Source: Alphaproteobacteria bacterium
GTDB lineage: Bacteria; Pseudomonadota; Alphaproteobacteria; Bin95
Direction: 5' to 3'
Assembly: GCA_963665325.3 (NCBI GenBank)
Contig: CAXXWS020000002.1
Span: 352,001-416,000, forward strand
Length of the DNA stretch: 64,000 nucleotides
Position numbers and translations under genes: made by a program. Below the pieces are notes generated by a model that worked only from the letters and a program-made list of their open reading frames with translations, was not told where the DNA came from and made no database searches. Shown one piece after another: positions 58,488 through 64,000 of this stretch (its first letter is position 1; each line of letters starts with the position of its first letter).

Positions 58488-59255
58488 ATGAACGGCGGAA
58501 GGTTCGAAGGGCGCACGGCCCTGGTGACGGGCGGGTCTCGCGGCATCGGCCGTGCCATCTGCGTCCAGCTTGCGCGCGAAGGCGCCTGGGTCGCGGTCAA
58601 CTACGCGGAGAGCGCCGATGCGGCGGCCGAAACGCTTGATCTCATGCGTGCCGAGGGCGGGCAGGGCAGCGTCTTCCAGGCCGATGTCGCCTCCTGGGAG
58701 GCCACCTCCGCCATGTTCGACGCCGTCGAGGCCGAGCGCGGCCCGGTGGACCTGCTGGTGACCAATGCCGGCGCCGCGTCCTTCCAGGACGACGGGGACA
58801 TTCCGCTGGAACTCTGGCGGCGCATCCTGTCGGTCAATCTCGACGGCACCTTCCATTGCGTCTGGCGCGCGAAGGAGGCCATGCGGGCGCGAAAGGACGG
58901 CCGCATCGTGTGTATCTCCTCGATCAACGGCATTGCGGGGAGCCGCATACGACGCGACCGCCTGATCGCCTATGGCACGTCGAAGGCTGCGGTGATCGGG
59001 TTCACGCGGAATTGCGCCAACGCCTTCGGGCCGGACATCCGCGTGAACTGCGTGGCGCCTGGCCTGATCGACACCGATATGACGAAGGACATGAGCGCCG
59101 AGATGCATGCCCGCATCGTCGGCGAGACGCCTGCCGGGCGCAGCGGCACACCCGAGGATGTCGCGGAACTCACCTGCTTCCTTCTGAGCGACGCCGCCAG
59201 CTTCATCACCGGCCAGACCTGCGTGACCTCCGGCGGGCTCGTGACGCTGCCGTAA
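58488..59255 (+). CDS. SDR family oxidoreductase
   Basis: TGGSRGIG, TNAG, YGTSK. Confidence 0.9.
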   Translation: MNGGRFEGRTALVTGGSRGIGRAICVQLAREGAWVAVNYAESADAAAETLDLMRAEGGQGSVFQADVASWEATSAMFDAVEAERGPVDLLVTNAGAASFQDDGDIPLELWRRILSVNLDGTFHCVWRAKEAMRARKDGRIVCISSINGIAGSRIRRDRLIAYGTSKAAVIGFTRNCANAFGPDIRVNCVAPGLIDTDMTKDMSAEMHARIVGETPAGRSGTPEDVAELTCFLLSDAASFITGQTCVTSGGLVTLP

Positions 59256-59270
59256 CCCTCGATCGGGAGG

Positions 59271-60293
59271 CTATGCGCCGACGGTTTGCGCCGGTTCGGA
59301 CGGGCGCGGGCCGGCGCCGCGGGCGAAGCGGGCGTCGTTGTAGATCTTGACCGTGGTGGGCGCGTAGAGCGGCGGGTGCGCGGCATCGATGCAGGTGCCG
59401 ATGCAGGCGATGGGCGCGTCATAGTTGGGCCGGGTGAAATAGCCGATGGACAGCCGGCGCGAGCGGGACCGGCTCTCGGCCTCGGGCACCGCCACACGGT
59501 GCGGCGTCGAGACCCAGCGGTCGTTCGTCCAGCGCATCAGCAGGTCGCCGATATTGACGATGAAGGTATTGTCGATGGCCGGCGCGTCGATCCAGTCGCT
59601 TGCGCGCGGGCGCACCTGGAGGCCGCCGGCCGCCGCCTCGTTGCGCAGGATCGTCATCATGCCGAGATCGGTGTGGACGCCGCAGCGCAATTGGCCCGGT
59701 TCGAGTTCCCGGTCCGGCGCCGGGTAGTGCAGCAGGCGTAGCTGGCTCGCATGGCGGTCCAGCTTGTCAGCGAACCAGCCGGCGGGAAGGCCGAGCGCAA
59801 GGGCGAGATAGCGGGCGAGCCTCCCGGAGAGGTCGTCAAGCGCCGTGAAATAGGCCTTCATGGCGGGTTCCAGCGACGGAAGCACGGAAGGCCAAAGGTT
59901 GGGCGCGAAATTCGGATAGGAACGCTCGTGCGAATGGTAGCGGTCGTCCGGCCGGCCGAACGGACCGATGGCGAAGACCTCCTTGAAGTCCGGGGGCGTG
60001 TCGCCTCCGTGCATCCGGGCCAGCGTCTCCTCGCCATAGGGGATATAGCCGCGGTTCTGGTCGTGCTTCGGCCGGCGGACCGTCATCTTCGCGTCGAGCG
60101 GCAGGTCGAAGAAGGCCTGCGCGGCGTCGTAGAGCGCGGTCTGGACCGGTTCCGGAACGCCATGGTTACCGACCACAACGAAGCCGATCTCGCGGCAGAT
60201 GCCGTCGAGCTCCCGCGCAGCAGCGGCAACCGTTCCGGGGTCCTTGCTCTCGAAGCGTTCAAGGTCGAGGACGGGAATCGTGCGCGTCGCCAT
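59271..60293 (-). CDS. Isopenicillin N synthase-like 2OG-Fe(II) oxygenase
   Basis: LRLLHYP, HTDLG, NIGDLL.RWTN..W.ST.HRV, RLS. Confidence 0.9.
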   Translation of the reverse strand: MATRTIPVLDLERFESKDPGTVAAAARELDGICREIGFVVVGNHGVPEPVQTALYDAAQAFFDLPLDAKMTVRRPKHDQNRGYIPYGEETLARMHGGDTPPDFKEVFAIGPFGRPDDRYHSHERSYPNFAPNLWPSVLPSLEPAMKAYFTALDDLSGRLARYLALALGLPAGWFADKLDRHASQLRLLHYPAPDRELEPGQLRCGVHTDLGMMTILRNEAAAGGLQVRPRASDWIDAPAIDNTFIVNIGDLLMRWTNDRWVSTPHRVAVPEAESRSRSRRLSIGYFTRPNYDAPIACIGTCIDAAHPPLYAPTTVKIYNDARFARGAGPRPSEPAQTVGA

Positions 60294-60423
60294 GCTGCCT
60301 CGCTCGCCGGCGGGAACGGCCCACCCGGCGCCGCCATCATGCCACGGCCTGCCGGGATTGTCTTGCAGGCGAGCCGCTGGCGCGGTAGCGCATCGAGTTG
60401 ACCCCGACGAGGAGCCTGCCCTC

Positions 60424-60921
60424 ATGCGCCTGCAAACAAGCCTTTCGCTGGACCGCGCCAATGCAATCGTCACCGAGGCCCTGCGCCTGGGGCGAGAGGC
60501 CGGTCTGCTGCCGCTGACGGTGGTCGCGCTCGATGCGGGCGGCAAGTTGATCGCGATGCAATCGGAAGACGGATCGGGGCTGCTGCGGTTCGACGTGGCT
60601 TTCGGCAAGGCATGGGGCGCGCTCGGCATGGGGATATCCAGCCGCCTCATCCGGAACCGGCTGGCGGAGCGACCCACCTTTCTGGCCGCGCTTGCCGCTG
60701 CGTCGGACGGGCGGCTGATCCCGGTGCCGGGCGGTGTGCTGGTCCAGACGGGCGAGGGCGTGACCATCGGCGCAGTCGGCATCAGCGGTGACACGTCGGA
60801 GAAGGACGAATATTGCGCCGTCGAAGCGATCGGGAGCGCAGGCCTGTTCCCGGAGCCCGCCGAGCCGGATCCGAATTGGCGCGGCTCGTCGCTGTCGGAC
60901 AGCGATCCGGCGCGGCCGTGA
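60424..60921 (+). CDS. GlcG/HbpS family heme-binding protein
   Basis: VVALDAGG, A.GKA, PGGV, GAVGISG....DE. Confidence 0.85.
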   Translation: MRLQTSLSLDRANAIVTEALRLGREAGLLPLTVVALDAGGKLIAMQSEDGSGLLRFDVAFGKAWGALGMGISSRLIRNRLAERPTFLAALAAASDGRLIPVPGGVLVQTGEGVTIGAVGISGDTSEKDEYCAVEAIGSAGLFPEPAEPDPNWRGSSLSDSDPARP

Positions 60922-60981
60922 CCCTGGTGAGAAATGCGGGTTAGGGTTGTCCCGTCCCTACTCAGCCGGGAGCGCGCGGCG

Positions 60982-61758
60982 ATGCACGCGGTCGTCAGCC
61001 GGCTTCTTCGCCAGGCCGAAATCTGGACCGCCATAGCGCTTGTCCTGGTAGCGGGCTGGGCGTTCGTCGCCTGGATGACGCTCGACATGTCGCATCCCAT
61101 CGTCCGGTCGATGATGCCGCTCGACGCCGGATGGTCCGGGGCCACGACGGTTTCCGTGTTCGCCATGTGGGGCGGCATGATGGTTGCCATGATGCTGCCG
61201 TCGGCCGCGCCCATGATCCTGACATTCGATTCAGTGGAGCGCCGCAATACGGCGTCCGGGCAGGCAACATCGCGGTCGCTGGTCTTCGCCGGCGCCTATC
61301 TCCTCGTGTGGATCGGGTTTTCCGCGCTCGCCGCCGGCGCGCAGTGGGCATTGCAGGCGAGCGCCATGCTGACCCCGATGATCGTGAGCAGTTCGGACCG
61401 GCTGACGGCGGGGTTGCTCTTCCTTGCGGGCCTCTATCAGCTGACACCGTTGAAACAGGCCTGTCTGAGGTATTGCCGCACACCGGCCGGCTTCCTGATG
61501 GCGGAATGGCGCGACGGCATGCGCGGCGCGTTCCGGATGGGGCTGAAGCACGGCCTCTATTGCGCGGGATGCTGCTGGGCGCTCATGCTCCTGCTGTTCG
61601 TCGCGGGCGTCATGAATCCGGTCTGGATCGTGTTCCTGACCGTCGTGGTGGCGCTCGAAAAATGGCCGCGTCTGCCCATCGGTCTCACCCGGCTGTTGGG
61701 TGCGGCCCTGCTGTTCGCCGGCGCCGCGATACTGCTTTGGCCGGCCGGGACCTTGTAG
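60982..61758 (+). CDS. DUF2182 predicted metal-binding membrane protein
   Basis: MMVAMMLPS, YQLTPLKQACL..C, G.YCAGCCWALM, GVMN. Confidence 0.85.
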   Translation: MHAVVSRLLRQAEIWTAIALVLVAGWAFVAWMTLDMSHPIVRSMMPLDAGWSGATTVSVFAMWGGMMVAMMLPSAAPMILTFDSVERRNTASGQATSRSLVFAGAYLLVWIGFSALAAGAQWALQASAMLTPMIVSSSDRLTAGLLFLAGLYQLTPLKQACLRYCRTPAGFLMAEWRDGMRGAFRMGLKHGLYCAGCCWALMLLLFVAGVMNPVWIVFLTVVVALEKWPRLPIGLTRLLGAALLFAGAAILLWPAGTL

Positions 61759-61830
61759 AGTGAGCGTCGAACTGCAGCCCCGGAGGTGTACAGGGCCTCC
61801 GGGGAGACGCCAGTGCCAGGAGGCGAAGTC

Positions 61831-63261
61831 ATGAGCGACAGCACCACCGTCATTCGCAATGCGGCCTGGATCGCGGCCTGGGACGGCGACCGGCACCGCT
61901 ATCTGCGCGACGGAGACATCGCCTTTGCGGGGGACCGGATCGTGCAGGTGGGCGGCCGCTACGAAGGCGCTGCCGAGCGAAGCATCGACGGTTCGCGCCG
62001 CTTCGCGATGCCGGGCCTCGTCAACCTCCACTCGCACCCGCACACCGAGCCCGCCTACAAGGGAGTCCGGGAGGACCACGGCGTGCCGGAGATGTACGAC
62101 ACCGGCCTCTACGAACGCATGTGCGCCTTCGTCCTGGACGCGGACGGCCGCCGCGCAGGGATGGAGATGGCCTATGCCGAACTCCTGCTCTCCGGCGTCA
62201 CCACCGTGGTCGATCTCTCGGGGCCGGTGGAAGGGTGGCTCGAATGTGCGGGCCGGAGCGGTCTTCGCTATTATATCGGCCCCTATTTCGCCGATGCCGG
62301 CTGGACGCTCCGGGACCGGCACCGGCTCCGCTTCGACTGGGATGAAGCTGCGGGGCGCCGGGCCTTCGAAGCAGCCGTCCGCGTAATCGAGGAGGCGGAG
62401 CGGCATCCGGGCGGACGGCTTCGCGGTATTGTTTTTCCCGGACAGATCGAGACCTGCACCGAATCGACCTTGCGCGATGCGGCAGCGTTTGCGCGCGAGA
62501 CGGGGCGTCCGCTTACGACCCACATTTCGCAATCGAAGGTCGAGTTCCACGAGATCGTGGACCGGCACGGCAAGACGCCGCTCGAATATGCCGCCGATAT
62601 CGGCTTTCTCGGCCCCGACGCCATTCTCGGGCACGCGATCTTTATCGACGAGCATCCGGATATCCGCTGGCGCGGCGACGGCGATCTCGGCCGTCTGGCC
62701 GACTCCGGGGTATCGGTGGCGCATTGCCCGTCGCCCTTCGCCCGCTACGGACAGGCGATGGACCATTTCGGTCGCTACCGCGCGCGCGGCGTCAATGTCG
62801 GACTCGGCACCGATGTCGCGCCCCACAATCTCGCCGAGGAGATGCGCCTCGCCATCCTGCTGGCCCGCGTCATGGCGGCCGACTACCGAGCTGTGGATAC
62901 GGGCGAGATGTTCCGCGCGGCCACCGTGGGCGGGGCCAACGCGCTCGGGCGCAGCGATCTCGGCAGGCTGGAGGCCGGCGCGAAGGCGGACATCGTGCTG
63001 CTCGACCTCGACCATCCCGCCATGCGCCCGGCGCGGGACCCGCTGCGCACCTTCATGTTCGAGGCGGCGGACCGGGCGGTCCGCGAGGTCTTCGTGGACG
63101 GGCTGCCGGTCGTGGAGAACGGCAAGCCTTTGCATCTCGACGCGGAGCGGGCCGGAGAGCAACTCGAGGAATCTCAGGCGCGGATGCTCGCGGAAGCTCC
63201 CGCGCGGGACTTTCTGGGCCGCACCGGGGACGAGATCGCCCCCCATTCGCTCCCCCTCTGA
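61831..63261 (+). CDS. Amidohydrolase (chlorohydrolase/deaminase-like)
   Basis: PGLVNLHSH, TTHISQ, ILGH, LGTD, GAKADIV. Confidence 0.88.
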   Translation: MSDSTTVIRNAAWIAAWDGDRHRYLRDGDIAFAGDRIVQVGGRYEGAAERSIDGSRRFAMPGLVNLHSHPHTEPAYKGVREDHGVPEMYDTGLYERMCAFVLDADGRRAGMEMAYAELLLSGVTTVVDLSGPVEGWLECAGRSGLRYYIGPYFADAGWTLRDRHRLRFDWDEAAGRRAFEAAVRVIEEAERHPGGRLRGIVFPGQIETCTESTLRDAAAFARETGRPLTTHISQSKVEFHEIVDRHGKTPLEYAADIGFLGPDAILGHAIFIDEHPDIRWRGDGDLGRLADSGVSVAHCPSPFARYGQAMDHFGRYRARGVNVGLGTDVAPHNLAEEMRLAILLARVMAADYRAVDTGEMFRAATVGGANALGRSDLGRLEAGAKADIVLLDLDHPAMRPARDPLRTFMFEAADRAVREVFVDGLPVVENGKPLHLDAERAGEQLEESQARMLAEAPARDFLGRTGDEIAPHSLPL

Positions 63262-63297
63262 ACCGCGCCCGGTCCCTCGCCGGGGCGGGGCATTCTC

Positions 63298-64000
63298 TCA
63301 GAAAGGTCTCGTGCCTATGACGACTGTGCGGTTCAACACGCGAGGATGACGCGCGATTTCATAGTTCGGCACCGCCCGGTGCAGCAGGCAGCGATTGTCC
63401 CACATCAGGACATCGCCCCTTCGCCAGCGATGCGTATAGACGAACCGGTCCCGCCCGATATGGTCCGTCAGCTCAGCCAGCAGCGCGGCGCTTACCGCCT
63501 CCGGCAGGCCCTCTATATGGGAGACGTGCACCCCGAGATAGAGTGACTTGCGGCCGGTTTCGGGATGGGTTCGCACGAGCGGGTGGGAGATCGGCGGTCG
63601 CGCGCGCCTCTGTTCGGCGGTCGCTGGCGACGTCCCGGAGTTGATGCGGCTGGCGACCCAGTCATGCACCGCGCGAAGCCCGTCGAGCTGTGCCTTCATG
63701 CCTGTCGGCAGGGCGTCGTAGGCCAGTCGTGCGTTCGCGAATTGCGTGTCGCCGCCCGACGGCGGCACTTCGACAGCGTGGAGGATCGTCACGAGTGCCG
63801 GTACTGCGTGATAGGACTTGTCCGTGTGCCAGAACCAGTTGAGCCTGGCCACATCTATGTTGATGAGGGTCCCGGCCGAATCGAGGTTCGTCAGTGTGTG
63901 GACCGTCGGAAAGGTGCTGCCATCGGACAGCTTGCCGATATGGCCCTCCAACTCGCCGAAGTGGCTGCTGAACCTCGCCTGCCGGGTCTTCGACAGGGAC
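63298..64000 (-). CDS. TauD/TfdA family 2OG-dependent dioxygenase (5' truncated by window)
   Basis: WHTD, GGDTQFA, HPLVRTHPETGRKSL, WDNR..LHR. Confidence 0.9.
   Translation of the reverse strand, partial: SLSKTRQARFSSHFGELEGHIGKLSDGSTFPTVHTLTNLDSAGTLINIDVARLNWFWHTDKSYHAVPALVTILHAVEVPPSGGDTQFANARLAYDALPTGMKAQLDGLRAVHDWVASRINSGTSPATAEQRRARPPISHPLVRTHPETGRKSLYLGVHVSHIEGLPEAVSAALLAELTDHIGRDRFVYTHRWRRGDVLMWDNRCLLHRAVPNYEIARHPRVLNRTVVIGTRPF

Noticed and set aside
59271-61247. 658-aa ORF as an extended oxygenase
   Set aside because: The N-terminal half is antisense to the GlcG and DUF2182 genes; the true start is probably 60293.
1-64000. tRNA, rRNA, integrase genes or an intact prophage
   Set aside because: None recognised by eye; a covariance-model and HMM scan would be needed to exclude small RNAs.

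Overview
High-GC alphaproteobacterial chromosome segment, probably Rhodospirillales-like (inferred from pheA-kdsB/cytochrome c, lysC-ptsP-rodZ-ispG-hisS-prfA-prmC and efp-suhB synteny). About 62 protein-coding genes, mostly housekeeping and catabolic: sarcosine oxidase, valine catabolism, Moco proteins, CoA transferases, LLM and SDR oxidoreductases, guanidino/polyamine enzymes and a DddL-type DMSP lyase. No tRNA, rRNA or CRISPR array was recognised. There are three accessory patches. (1) 6.87-7.70 kb: a small GIY-YIG nuclease gene enclosed by nested direct repeats of a palindromic REP-like element, with a 36-bp tandem amplification and a stand-alone repeat doublet at 11.47-11.58 kb. This REPtron-like unit built on a GIY-YIG enzyme rather than an HUH/RAYT transposase is the best candidate for an under-described system. 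(2) 11.66-13.12 kb: an integrase-less, lower-GC islet inserted into the 3' end of an acyl-CoA dehydrogenase gene, bounded by a synonymously diverged duplicate of the gene end. (3) 21.93-25.44 kb: a decayed island with phased TGTCATG repeats, a phage-like HTH ORF, a pseudogene split by a nested MITE and a TbpB-like lipoprotein. Also notable are a UbiG/nitrile-hydratase-beta-like fusion, a two-domain cytochrome c and an orphan amidinotransferase. All family calls come from motif recognition by eye; no database searches were run and some start codons are best guesses.
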